Below the pieces are notes generated by a model. The model worked only from the letters and a program-made list of their open reading frames with translations. It was not told the DNA's origin and did no database searches. DNA of 64,000 bases, taken from positions 43,750 to 107,749 of the IMG/VR virus record IMGVR_UViG_3300028920_000045. The stretch is one strand, 5' to 3'. Numbering within the stretch: position 1 is the first letter of the stretch; each line of letters starts with the position of its first letter. Of this stretch, positions 48,043 through 56,581 are shown piece after piece. Both the position numbers and the translations under genes were made by a program. This DNA is from a virus.

Positions 48043-48488
48043 TCGACACTCTGATCGACCGAGTCCTCGACCCGAAGTTTCTGGTCAAGGTCCTGGTCTT
48101 CGGATTCGCGGTCCTCACCCTGATCACGATAAGGACCGACGTGAGGAACGACGAACTCGTCGACCAGGTCGAGACCCTCCGGGCCTGTCTCGGTCCCGTC
48201 GAAGGTCGTCCCCTCGTTCTCGACGGGGAGGTCGACCCGTGCGCTAGAGTCGTGGACCTGGAGAAGAGGGTCGACTCTCTGTCCTGGAGATCAAAGGGTC
48301 TCTTTATGGATTGCTCCGACCTCTCCGAGTCCTGTGTCCGTATGACCGCGATCATCGACGACGCCCTCCGAGACTTCATACGGACCCACGTCGACCCGGC
48401 CGAGATCGAGAGAGCCCGTGACGGGATCGAGAGGTACGCCCGACGCCGAGGACCCCCAGAGGGCGGTGTCGGTGGAGAGGAAGACTAG
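48039..48488 (+). CDS. Hypothetical membrane protein
   Basis: N-terminal TM FLVKVLVFGFAVLTLITI. Confidence 0.5.
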   Translation: MIDTLIDRVLDPKFLVKVLVFGFAVLTLITIRTDVRNDELVDQVETLRACLGPVEGRPLVLDGEVDPCARVVDLEKRVDSLSWRSKGLFMDCSDLSESCVRMTAIIDDALRDFIRTHVDPAEIERARDGIERYARRRGPPEGGVGGEED

Positions 48489-48514
48489 CGGGAACGGGTC
48501 CTCTGCTCCCTGGA

Positions 48515-48528
48515 GTCCCGAACTATCC
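48515..48528 (+). promoter_or_regulatory. Candidate phage promoter motif GTCCCGAACTATCC
   Basis: Intergenic; identical 14-mer at 55611-55624. Confidence 0.55.
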
Positions 48529-48545
48529 TCCGAAGGAGTGCGAGG

Positions 48546-48923
48546 ATGATCACGGCCCTCGACGTACTGGAAGCCCTGACCGAGACCATGTCGTCGAAGA
48601 CGACTGTCCACCGAGCGGCTCGAAGTCTGGCCCGTGACCCCGTCTTCCTCCAGAGGGTAGCCGCCAAGCTGCGGAAGAAGGTCAAGGCCCAGATCGAGGA
48701 GAAGTCGTTGACCGAGAACGAACTGACAGGAGACCTCGTCGGGTTCTGCTCGACGACGACTCGGGCCAGGGAAGCCGCCGTCCGACTCCGGACCGTCTTC
48801 CACGTTCTCCACCGACTCCCGGACAAGAAAGAAGTCCCGAGGGTGAAGCTACCTCCGGAACTGATCGAGAGACCGAAGAAGAAGCCGAAGACGAAGAAGC
48901 ACGGAAGGAGAGTCGTCCGATGA
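48546..48923 (+). CDS. Hypothetical protein with basic C-terminal tail
   Basis: RBS present; overlaps the next gene start. Confidence 0.55.
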   Translation: MITALDVLEALTETMSSKTTVHRAARSLARDPVFLQRVAAKLRKKVKAQIEEKSLTENELTGDLVGFCSTTTRAREAAVRLRTVFHVLHRLPDKKEVPRVKLPPELIERPKKKPKTKKHGRRVVR

Positions 48924-49810
48924 TCGACAAGACGGATCAGTACAATCGTTTCCTCGGGGGGTGGGTCGGTGCGTTCCTGGGGAACGTCCTCGGGTCGTAC
49001 ACGGAGGGGAAGTCCCCCGCCCAGGTCGAGGACTCCTTCCCCCGGGGACTCCAGGTCCTCCCGGCTCCGACCGCACCGTCGGGTCTCGCCCGAGTCCTTC
49101 GGGAGACGGGTGAGGCGATCTCTTCGAGGACGTTCCCTCGTCCTCCGAGGAAGTCGGACGTCGGTCTCCTGTCCCCGGTCCTCCGGGCGATCACCCCGGG
49201 ACTCTCCTCGGTTCCGGCCGGTCTCTCCCCCGACGAGCTGGACGAGTTCGTCCTCCGGTCCATCGGCCAGGACGACCCACCCTTCCCGGCCCCGTCCGTC
49301 CTCCTGGCCCTCTGGTACGCCCGGGTCCTCCGGGTCGTGGTCACGACCGACGACGACGGACTCCAGGAGGTCGACGAGTACCTCTTCGGACCCATCGACA
49401 AGATCGAACGCCCCTCCCCGGCTTTCATCCGGGCCAAGGACGACGACCAGTCGTACGTATGGGGAGAGGCTCGTCTCCTCTTGGCCGAGGGTGTCGGGAC
49501 AGGTCTCGCCACGCTGGAGCGTTTCGACTTCACCGACCCGGTCCTCGATCCCTACACCCTCGCGGCCGGTGTCGTCGCCTGGGCGACCGACGTCCGGGAC
49601 GAGACCTTCGCCCGGTCCCTGGCCTTCCTGGTCTCCCGTGGTGGGGACTCCTCGTCTCTCGGGATGATCGGAGGGGCGGTCCTCGGAGCCCGGATCGGAT
49701 TCGACGATCTCGACCCCGACCTCCTGGAAGGGCTCACCGGTCTCGACCGTCTGGTCGAGGAGGGGTCCCGTCTCTTCCAGGCCGCACAGGAGTACAAGTC
49801 GGGGGAGTGA
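48920..49810 (+). CDS. ADP-ribosylglycohydrolase (ARH/DraG)-fold protein with degenerate active site
   Basis: RFLGGWVGAFLGNVLG...GGDSSSLGMIGGAVLGARIG match ARH termini; TDD motif absent. Confidence 0.7.
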   Translation: MIDKTDQYNRFLGGWVGAFLGNVLGSYTEGKSPAQVEDSFPRGLQVLPAPTAPSGLARVLRETGEAISSRTFPRPPRKSDVGLLSPVLRAITPGLSSVPAGLSPDELDEFVLRSIGQDDPPFPAPSVLLALWYARVLRVVVTTDDDGLQEVDEYLFGPIDKIERPSPAFIRAKDDDQSYVWGEARLLLAEGVGTGLATLERFDFTDPVLDPYTLAAGVVAWATDVRDETFARSLAFLVSRGGDSSSLGMIGGAVLGARIGFDDLDPDLLEGLTGLDRLVEEGSRLFQAAQEYKSGE

Positions 49811-49811
49811 C

Positions 49812-50153
49812 GTGACTCGGGACTCGAAGAAGAAGTGCGAGCACTGCGGGGGACCGAACCCGTGTATCCTGGTCCGTCCGAAGGGGAAGCCCGCGAAGTG
49901 GTACTGCGTCAAGGTCGGGTGTCAGTCGGCCGCGTCGACGTACTACGGACAGATCTTCAGCGAGAAAGACCTGGTCGGGATCAGCACTGACCCGGAGCCG
50001 CCGAGTCCCCCGACTCCCAGGAAGACCAGGGTCAAGAGGGAACGACCGACACCGACCAAGGTCAAGAGGGAGAGGCCGAAGAAGGCCCCGACCCGTGAAC
50101 GGCCGAAGAAGACCGTCGTCCGAGAGAGACCTCGTCGAGTCGTGAAGGGGTAA
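49812..50153 (+). CDS. Zinc-finger protein with four RERP repeats in a basic tail
   Basis: CEHC...CVKVGC; four RERP copies. Confidence 0.6.
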   Translation: MTRDSKKKCEHCGGPNPCILVRPKGKPAKWYCVKVGCQSAASTYYGQIFSEKDLVGISTDPEPPSPPTPRKTRVKRERPTPTKVKRERPKKAPTRERPKKTVVRERPRRVVKG

Positions 50154-50156
50154 CCC

Positions 50157-50936
50157 ATGCCTGCCGGGAAGTCCGTCCTCAAGCTGCCACGGGCCGAACT
50201 CCGACTCCTCGTCGCACTGGTCCGACAGTGGCTCACCGAGCACAAGACCGACGCCGAGATCCTGGAGACCATCGAAGAGTACGGGATCACCGACATCCGG
50301 GAAGTCCGAACCCTCAAGAGACTGGTCAAGGACGAGGACCGAGACGAGGTCAAGGGGAAGGAACCCCTCGACGTCTTCGTCGAGTACCGCCGAGACCTTC
50401 TCGCCATCGCCCGAGACGCGGACGACTTTATCGAGAGGATGTCGACCAAGGAAACGCAACAGTCGACGATCCCGTCTGCCCTCCGAGTGAAACTCGACGC
50501 CCTCGACAAGATCGCCCAGAGAGGGATCGACCTGGGGATCTTCCGAGCCCGACCGAAGGGGAGGGGGGTCCTCCTCGGGGGGATCATCCTGGCCGACCTG
50601 TCCGACGAAGAACTCCTCGGAGTGGTCGAGCAGATCACCGACAACGTCCGAGGTCTCCGAGAGGTAGCGAGTCGACCCCTCCTCCCGGCCGGTGGATACC
50701 GTCGGACGAAGACCCCCGCCGATTACAAGCCGACGAAGGACGAGAACGAAGACGACGTCGTCGAAGCCGAGGTCGTCGAGGAGGCTCCGGTCACAGTCCC
50801 ACCCGAGCAGAGGAAAAAGAGGAAGCCCTCTCCTGTCCGTGAGAGACCGAAGAGGGTCAAGGACAAGATGTCGATCACGACCTCGGACGGGGAGACCGAC
50901 GGACGAGCCCGACCTCGTCGACGGAGACCGACCTAG
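50157..50936 (+). CDS. Hypothetical helical protein with charged tail
   Basis: Packed ORF, 259 aa. Confidence 0.6.
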   Translation: MPAGKSVLKLPRAELRLLVALVRQWLTEHKTDAEILETIEEYGITDIREVRTLKRLVKDEDRDEVKGKEPLDVFVEYRRDLLAIARDADDFIERMSTKETQQSTIPSALRVKLDALDKIAQRGIDLGIFRARPKGRGVLLGGIILADLSDEELLGVVEQITDNVRGLREVASRPLLPAGGYRRTKTPADYKPTKDENEDDVVEAEVVEEAPVTVPPEQRKKRKPSPVRERPKRVKDKMSITTSDGETDGRARPRRRRPT

Positions 50937-51694
50937 TGCCGATGCGGATACCGTGGGGATGGGAGATCGCCGTCCCGGTCATGCTCAACTTGGCCGAGGT
51001 CTGGTCCGAACGTCCTATCGTTCGTCCGTCCAGTGAAGAGATCTCCCAGGACGAGGGTATCCCGAACGGTGGACGGTGGCTCTCCCAGGCCCTCGCCAAG
51101 CTGGTCCGAGCCAAGCTCCTCACGCACCAGAAGAGGGGGCAGAGAGGATACCGTCTCCAGAGGTCACCGTCGAGGATTAACATGTACTCGGTCCTCATGG
51201 CAGGGCCGACCCGGTCCGAGGCGAGACCGAGCAACCGGATCTTTGATCACCGAGTTCTCTTCCTCGACCGGTCCGACCAGGACCGGACCCGGGAGTCGAG
51301 AGGACGGAACCCGAGCGCCTGGTTATTCGACCGGACCGAGGACCTCGTCGTCGAGTTCCTCAAGCGGACGACACTGGCCCAGGTCCTCGCCGTCAACCTC
51401 GACCTCGTCCCCCGAGTGGTCTACACCGACGAAGGGAAGACGAACCAGCACCTCCGGTCAATCCGGGAGTCGACGCACAAGATCCTCCGAGAGTTCTGTC
51501 CCCTGATCGAGACGACGAAGAGTCGACTCCAGGTCTGGCCGTATCGAGACGTCGCAGACGCCGTCAAGGATGGGTTCCGGGCGTGGTACGAGGACCTCCC
51601 CGAGAACCGACGGAGGGAGCCGAGGTACCTCCTGGACCGAGACCTCGGTTCCCTCCGTCTCTCGATCCTCGACCGGGTGTCCGATGCCGGTTAG
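50936..51694 (+). CDS. Rrf2-family winged-helix transcriptional regulator with C-terminal extension
   Basis: WLSQALAKLVRAKLLTHQKRGQRGYRLQRSPSRINMYSVL matches the Rrf2 signature. Confidence 0.7.
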   Translation: MPMRIPWGWEIAVPVMLNLAEVWSERPIVRPSSEEISQDEGIPNGGRWLSQALAKLVRAKLLTHQKRGQRGYRLQRSPSRINMYSVLMAGPTRSEARPSNRIFDHRVLFLDRSDQDRTRESRGRNPSAWLFDRTEDLVVEFLKRTTLAQVLAVNLDLVPRVVYTDEGKTNQHLRSIRESTHKILREFCPLIETTKSRLQVWPYRDVADAVKDGFRAWYEDLPENRRREPRYLLDRDLGSLRLSILDRVSDAG

Positions 51695-52100
51695 GAAGTT
51701 TGGGCCGACCCTCCCGGGTACGACCGAGGTGGACGAGTCCCCGATCACGAAGTACGAGGAGGACCTCAAGCGGGGACGAGTCACGACGAAACAGATCCTC
51801 GACGCCCTCGGTGGTCTCGGGGTCATGGTCGAGAACGACCGGGACATCCTCGACGGTGGTATCCTCTACACCCTCTCGGTCGAGGTCCCAGGAAGTCGAG
51901 CGGGCGAGGTCCGGTCCTCCTCGTTCAAGATCACGGACGGGGAAGCCGAGGTTCTCTCGAAGAGGCGACTCGAAGTCAAGGTCGCATACCGTCTCTTCTG
52001 GATCGGGACTCTCGTCTATCTGGACGCCCGAGCCCGACGGGGGAAGGAGACCGTCCGCAAGATGTCGGACGGGACCGAACTGGTCGAGGTGGAGCTGTGA
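51684..52100 (+). CDS. Hypothetical protein
   Basis: Packed ORF. Confidence 0.5.
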   Translation: MPVRKFGPTLPGTTEVDESPITKYEEDLKRGRVTTKQILDALGGLGVMVENDRDILDGGILYTLSVEVPGSRAGEVRSSSFKITDGEAEVLSKRRLEVKVAYRLFWIGTLVYLDARARRGKETVRKMSDGTELVEVEL

Positions 52101-52435
52101 GGTTCGTCGTCCGACAGTTCCGGGCCTGGGAGAGAGCACTCGCCTCGGAGTTCTGTCACGTCGACCCAGGGGTCAACGTGGCCGTCGTCGAGTCGACCCC
52201 CTGGAGGGGACGTCCGTCCTTCGAGGTCCTCGGTGTCCTCCGAGTCCACCTCCTCCGGTTCGCACACCTCGCCGGATGCGGCCAGGACGTCAAGGACCAG
52301 ATCCAGGAGGACGGACCCGGAGCCCCGTTCCCGGTCGAGATCGTCGGTGGTCTCCGGACCGAGGGTGTCTGGAGGTACGTCGACCGACGTCCCGGAGCTG
52401 CCAAGTCGTACCGGTCTCTCGTCGGTGGACAATGA
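52097..52435 (+). CDS. Hypothetical protein
   Basis: 4-nt overlaps on both sides. Confidence 0.5.
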   Translation: MRFVVRQFRAWERALASEFCHVDPGVNVAVVESTPWRGRPSFEVLGVLRVHLLRFAHLAGCGQDVKDQIQEDGPGAPFPVEIVGGLRTEGVWRYVDRRPGAAKSYRSLVGGQ

Positions 52436-53277
52436 GCCTCGACAGGATGCGACGTCGGTTCTCGGCTGGTCGAGAGACCGAGCCTCGACCCGAGTGTTTC
52501 GGTGACTTCGACGAGGACCTGGTCGAGACTCGGGAGTGTGAGGACCGTCCGTGTCCTCACCGTCGTCGGTGCCAGGCTACGACTCCCGACGAGCAGGATG
52601 TCCCGGACTGTTTCACCCGGTACGACCTGACCCTCCCGAAGTGTCTGGGGTGTGACCTCAAGCCGTGGTGTATGGACGAGTCGATCAGGGAACTCGTCTT
52701 CGAGGGAGATGTCGAGGGACCTGGTCCGGAGTCTCGGCCGGGGTACGAGAGGGACGACCCGGATACCTGGGGGAAGGCCGTCCTCAAGGAACGGAACCGG
52801 GTCCGGGAGTGGCTCAAGAACCGACCCGGGTGCTTTGGGACGTACTCGAAGAAGGGTCGGACCGACGACCGTGACTGTCTCGACTGTGAACTCGACAAGG
52901 TCTGTGTCGAGTGGTCACGGTCTCCTCTTCGGGCGAAGGGGTCTCACCTCTACGGCTTGTCGGCCCAGGAGATCCATGCCGAGGAAGAGGAGGCAAGGAT
53001 CGCACCGTTCCGAGCCCTCCAGGAGTCGATCCGGGGATACGCCCAGAAGATCACGAACCGGATCTCTGACCCGGACGAGATCTCCGAGAACCTTCCGGTC
53101 GTGGCCGAGGCGATCACCCTCGGAGCGACCAGGAACGGGGAGAACGAGGTCGAGACCGCTAGGGTCTTCGACTTCCTGGTCCAGAGGAGTCGGGTCACGT
53201 CGATCCGGTTCTTCCGGGAGGTTGTCGCCTCGCGGGGTGAGTATCGACAAATCATGGCCGATCACGGGATCGGTTGA
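52432..53277 (+). CDS. Protein with three PxCF-type Cys4 modules
   Basis: PECFG..CEDRPCPHRRRC; PDCF..CLGCDLKPWC; PGCFG..CLDCELDKVC. Confidence 0.65.
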   Translation: MSLDRMRRRFSAGRETEPRPECFGDFDEDLVETRECEDRPCPHRRRCQATTPDEQDVPDCFTRYDLTLPKCLGCDLKPWCMDESIRELVFEGDVEGPGPESRPGYERDDPDTWGKAVLKERNRVREWLKNRPGCFGTYSKKGRTDDRDCLDCELDKVCVEWSRSPLRAKGSHLYGLSAQEIHAEEEEARIAPFRALQESIRGYAQKITNRISDPDEISENLPVVAEAITLGATRNGENEVETARVFDFLVQRSRVTSIRFFREVVASRGEYRQIMADHGIG

Positions 53278-53288
53278 GGAGGGGTACC

Positions 53289-54209
53289 ATGTCCGAGAAC
53301 AAGACCGTCGTCGTCGTCTTCGAGGGAGTCCTGGTTCCGAGTTCGGCCGAGTCCGAGGGAGCGATGGAACCGGAGCGTCTCCGTCCCGGGGCCGAGAACC
53401 TCCTTCGGGCCATCGCGGACAGGGGGTACTCGATCATCCTCTCGACGTCACAGGACGTCGGGCAGCTCCTCCGGTGGGTCGAGAGGAACGACCTCAACGA
53501 CGTCGTCGACGACGTCGTACCTCTCCCCGGGGAGATCCTCGTCGGACCCGAGGCCGTCCGCTTCGACGGGGACGTCTCGAAGATCCTCCAGGACCTCGAC
53601 CTCGGTCCGTTCTGGGAGACCGAACCCCAGGTCCCCCAGACCATCCCCGACAACCTCCGAGGGTCACCCCGACTCGCCCTCCTCCGGAAGAAGCCCGACG
53701 ACCTCCAGCGTCTCCGGGTCCGTCTCCGGGAGACCGAGGAGAGGGTACTCGACAAGGTCCTCAAGCGGGCCGTCGACATCGCCCACGACCAGAGGTGGGA
53801 CCCGGTCGCGGTTCGTCTCCTGGAGAACCTGATCCAGACCATCCGGGAGGAGGGTGACTTCTCGGTCACCGACGTCCTCCGAGCCCAGGCCGAGGAGTAC
53901 CGGGACGGGATGCGGATTGCGTATGCCAAGGCCCTCCAGAAGATCGACGAGGTCGAGAAGTACCAGACGGCCCTCAACGTGTCGAGGAAGACCGAGGGGG
54001 AACTCCGGGCCAGGGTGATCGACCTGGAGAGTCGGGTCATGTCTCTCCAGGAGACGAACGAGATCCTCACTCGACAGAACCGGGCCTTCTCCCGCCGTGA
54101 GGTCCGGGTCAAGTCCGGTCTCGATCCGGACGTGGCGACCGAGGAGGAGGTCGAGTCCGAGGACCTAAAAGGAGGGGTTGACACCGAGGACGGAGACGAG
54201 GTAGACTGA
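53289..54209 (+). CDS. Degenerate HAD-like N-terminal domain plus coiled coil
   Basis: TVVVVFEGVLV...PGAENLLRAIADRGYSIILSTS resembles HAD motifs I/II without the nucleophilic Asp. Confidence 0.5.
   Translation: MSENKTVVVVFEGVLVPSSAESEGAMEPERLRPGAENLLRAIADRGYSIILSTSQDVGQLLRWVERNDLNDVVDDVVPLPGEILVGPEAVRFDGDVSKILQDLDLGPFWETEPQVPQTIPDNLRGSPRLALLRKKPDDLQRLRVRLRETEERVLDKVLKRAVDIAHDQRWDPVAVRLLENLIQTIREEGDFSVTDVLRAQAEEYRDGMRIAYAKALQKIDEVEKYQTALNVSRKTEGELRARVIDLESRVMSLQETNEILTRQNRAFSRREVRVKSGLDPDVATEEEVESEDLKGGVDTEDGDEVD
54178..54207 (+). promoter_or_regulatory. Candidate host sigma70 promoter TTGACA-N18-TAGACT
   Basis: Perfect -35, plausible -10, about 65 nt upstream of ATG 54272. Confidence 0.5.
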
Positions 54210-54271
54210 CCCCCGAGTGTAACCCGAGCTGGAGAGGTCATGTCGACCCAGACAGCCACAGGAGGAAGACC

Positions 54272-55189
54272 ATGAGCCGAGAAGCCTTTGTCCACAAGAA
54301 CTTTAAGTCGTCGTCCCGGGAGATCATCGACGCGGCGAACGAGATCATCGACGAGTACCGCGCCCAGGGTTTCGACCTGTCCCTCCGTCAGCTCTTTTAC
54401 CAGTTCGTCTCGCGGGACATCCTCCCCAACACGCAACGGCAGTACAAGTCCCTCGGGGGGATCATCTCCGACGCCCGCCTCGCCGGTCTGATCGACTGGG
54501 ACTCGATTGTCGACCGTGTCCGGGCGACCGAGATCAACTCGCACTGGACGTCCCCGGCCGAGATCGTCCGGGCCTGTGCTCACTCCTTCCGGATCGACAA
54601 GTGGGCCGACCAGCCCGTCCACGTCGAGGTCATGTCCGAGAAGGACGCCCTCTCCGGTGTCCTGGTCCCGACCTGTAGTAAGCTCGACATCGGGTTCACG
54701 GCGAATCGGGGGTACTCGTCCCAGTCCTTCATGTACCGGAAGGGGAAGTCCCTCGGGTGGAAGTCCCTCCGCAAGCGGGTCGTGATCCTCTACGTCGGAG
54801 ACCACGACCCCTCGGGTCTCGACATGGATCGGGACGTGGTCGAGAGGTTGAGCATGTTCGCCGGGACCCGGGTCGAGTTCACCCGACTCGCCCTTACCTT
54901 CGACCAGGTCGAGGAGTGGTCCCCGCCCCCGAATACGGCGAAGAAGTCCGACGTCCGACACCCGGACTATGTCGCCAAGTACGGACCGGAGTCCTGGGAG
55001 CTGGACGCCGTCGACCCGACGACCTTGGCTCGTCTGGTCACCGACGCCGTCGTGGAACTCCGGGACGACGACCTCTGGGAGAAGGCCGTCCGACGTGAGG
55101 AGAAGATGCGGGCCGAACTCACCCGGTTCTCGGACGAGTACGAGGAGCCCGACTTCGACGAGGACGACGAGGACGACCTCGACGACTAG
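54272..55189 (+). CDS. Topo6A/Spo11-like (DUF2399/JetD-related) wHTH-TOPRIM protein
   Basis: SLRQLFYQ, EVMSEKDAL, RGYSS, YVGDHDPSG, WELDA. Confidence 0.8.
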   Translation: MSREAFVHKNFKSSSREIIDAANEIIDEYRAQGFDLSLRQLFYQFVSRDILPNTQRQYKSLGGIISDARLAGLIDWDSIVDRVRATEINSHWTSPAEIVRACAHSFRIDKWADQPVHVEVMSEKDALSGVLVPTCSKLDIGFTANRGYSSQSFMYRKGKSLGWKSLRKRVVILYVGDHDPSGLDMDRDVVERLSMFAGTRVEFTRLALTFDQVEEWSPPPNTAKKSDVRHPDYVAKYGPESWELDAVDPTTLARLVTDAVVELRDDDLWEKAVRREEKMRAELTRFSDEYEEPDFDEDDEDDLDD

Positions 55190-55199
55190 GTGACCTCCA

Positions 55200-55601
55200 G
55201 TGCCATCCCTCTCCGAACTCCGACACCGATTCCGCAAGAAACCTCCCCAGGACGAACGGAGCCGTCCCAGGACGGACGAACGACCCTCGACGGGGACCCG
55301 AACCCGTCCCGGGGCGTTCGCCGTCTCTGGGGGACGACAGGTCACTCCGGAGACCCCCCAGGGGAAGGAGGTCGCGGTCCGTCACCTGTGTCGGGTCGCG
55401 GAACTCGACCGGAAGACCATCCTCAAGTGTCTCGGGGCCGAGTCGGGAAAGGTGGGTCTCTCCCTCTCGACCTTGATCGAGTTTCTGGTCGACCTGGTCG
55501 CCCGAGAGAGACCTCGACGATCACCCTCCGACGTCCGTGACCTCGTCCGGTCGTTCCTCCAGGACTCTCGGCCGCACCTCGACGAGAACCGACGGGTCTA
55601 G
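55200..55601 (+). CDS. Hypothetical protein (possible RHH DNA-binding)
   Basis: GLSLSTLIEFLV resembles RHH helix B; contains RERP. Confidence 0.45.
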   Translation: MPSLSELRHRFRKKPPQDERSRPRTDERPSTGTRTRPGAFAVSGGRQVTPETPQGKEVAVRHLCRVAELDRKTILKCLGAESGKVGLSLSTLIEFLVDLVARERPRRSPSDVRDLVRSFLQDSRPHLDENRRV

Positions 55602-55610
55602 TAAGATCCG

Positions 55611-55624
55611 GTCCCGAACTATCC
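55611..55624 (+). promoter_or_regulatory. Candidate phage promoter motif GTCCCGAACTATCC
   Basis: Intergenic; identical to 48515-48528; precedes RBS GGAGG. Confidence 0.55.
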
Positions 55625-55640
55625 CGAGGGAGGTGACCTC

Positions 55641-55898
55641 ATGCGAGAGGTCCGAGGAGTCTGCTTTCTGGCCTTCACGTTCAAGACGTCCGAGGACGTC
55701 GACGACGAGGGAGCCCGACTCCTGGCACTCCGGTCTCTCCTCAAGGCCGAGATCGAAGCCAACAGAGCAGGTGACCTCCGGGTCCACTTCTTCCCTCCGG
55801 AGTTCACCGACCCGGACCAGTCGAAGACCCTGGCCGAGATCTTCTCGGGGTCCAGGGACGAGGCCGTCGAATTCGTCGGCCGTCTGATCAAGGGGTGA
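55641..55898 (+). CDS. Hypothetical protein
   Basis: RBS GGAGGTG. Confidence 0.55.
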   Translation: MREVRGVCFLAFTFKTSEDVDDEGARLLALRSLLKAEIEANRAGDLRVHFFPPEFTDPDQSKTLAEIFSGSRDEAVEFVGRLIKG

Positions 55899-55899
55899 C

Positions 55900-56277
55900 A
55901 TGGGTACGACTCGACGAGTAGACCCACCGCCTGTCGTCCACGGCCGACGACCTGGGGTTCTCCTGGTCAACCCGGAGTGTCTGGGTCAGTCCCTCGACTC
56001 GGCCACGGCACAGATCCTCAAGGAACAAGACGCAGGGTACCTCGACCCTCACACCGCAATCCGGCAACTCCTCACGGTCCAGGACCTCCGTCGGTCCCTG
56101 ACCGGGAAGGACGACCCGGTATTCCGTCAACTCCTCAACCGGGCGAAGGCTCAACTTGAGAACACAGTCTTCGTCGTCCGACAGATCACAGGGGAAGACC
56201 ATGTCCGAGAAGTCCGATTCCGAGTCTACGTTGATCACGACCCGGGACGTGTACAACCGCGTCGTCGAAAGGGTTGA
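55900..56277 (+). CDS. Hypothetical protein
   Basis: Packed ORF. Confidence 0.45.
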   Translation: MGTTRRVDPPPVVHGRRPGVLLVNPECLGQSLDSATAQILKEQDAGYLDPHTAIRQLLTVQDLRRSLTGKDDPVFRQLLNRAKAQLENTVFVVRQITGEDHVREVRFRVYVDHDPGRVQPRRRKG

Positions 56278-56581
56278 TCCCGAGTCGTTCGGAGACAACC
56301 CCCGACTCGCCATTTCCATCCTCAAGGCCGTCGCGGAGGTCTTCACCGAGATCCTCGCGGAACTCATGCCGCCCCGGGACGAGGACCTCGGACCGGGCGA
56401 CATCCGGTTCACGTTCCCAGACGGGAACCGGGTCACGGCCCGGTGCCGGTACGAGGAGGACGACGACCCCGACCCCGACCCCGACGAGACCCGATGGGTC
56501 CTCCCCCTCGGGAATGGGAACCGGATGGTCGTCGACCTGGAGCACGACCGGATCGAAACCGACGACGGAGGTGAGCCGTGA
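56201..56581 (+). CDS. Hypothetical protein
   Basis: ATG with purine-rich RBS. Confidence 0.5.
   Translation: MSEKSDSESTLITTRDVYNRVVERVDPESFGDNPRLAISILKAVAEVFTEILAELMPPRDEDLGPGDIRFTFPDGNRVTARCRYEEDDDPDPDPDETRWVLPLGNGNRMVVDLEHDRIETDDGGEP

Noticed and set aside
50157-50936. Terminase small subunit
   Set aside because: Only a vague helical resemblance; no large terminase or portal gene nearby
54272-55189. Wadjet (JetABCD) defence system
   Set aside because: No jetABC neighbours; the SMC-like gene at 40990 is a Rad50 paired with Mre11
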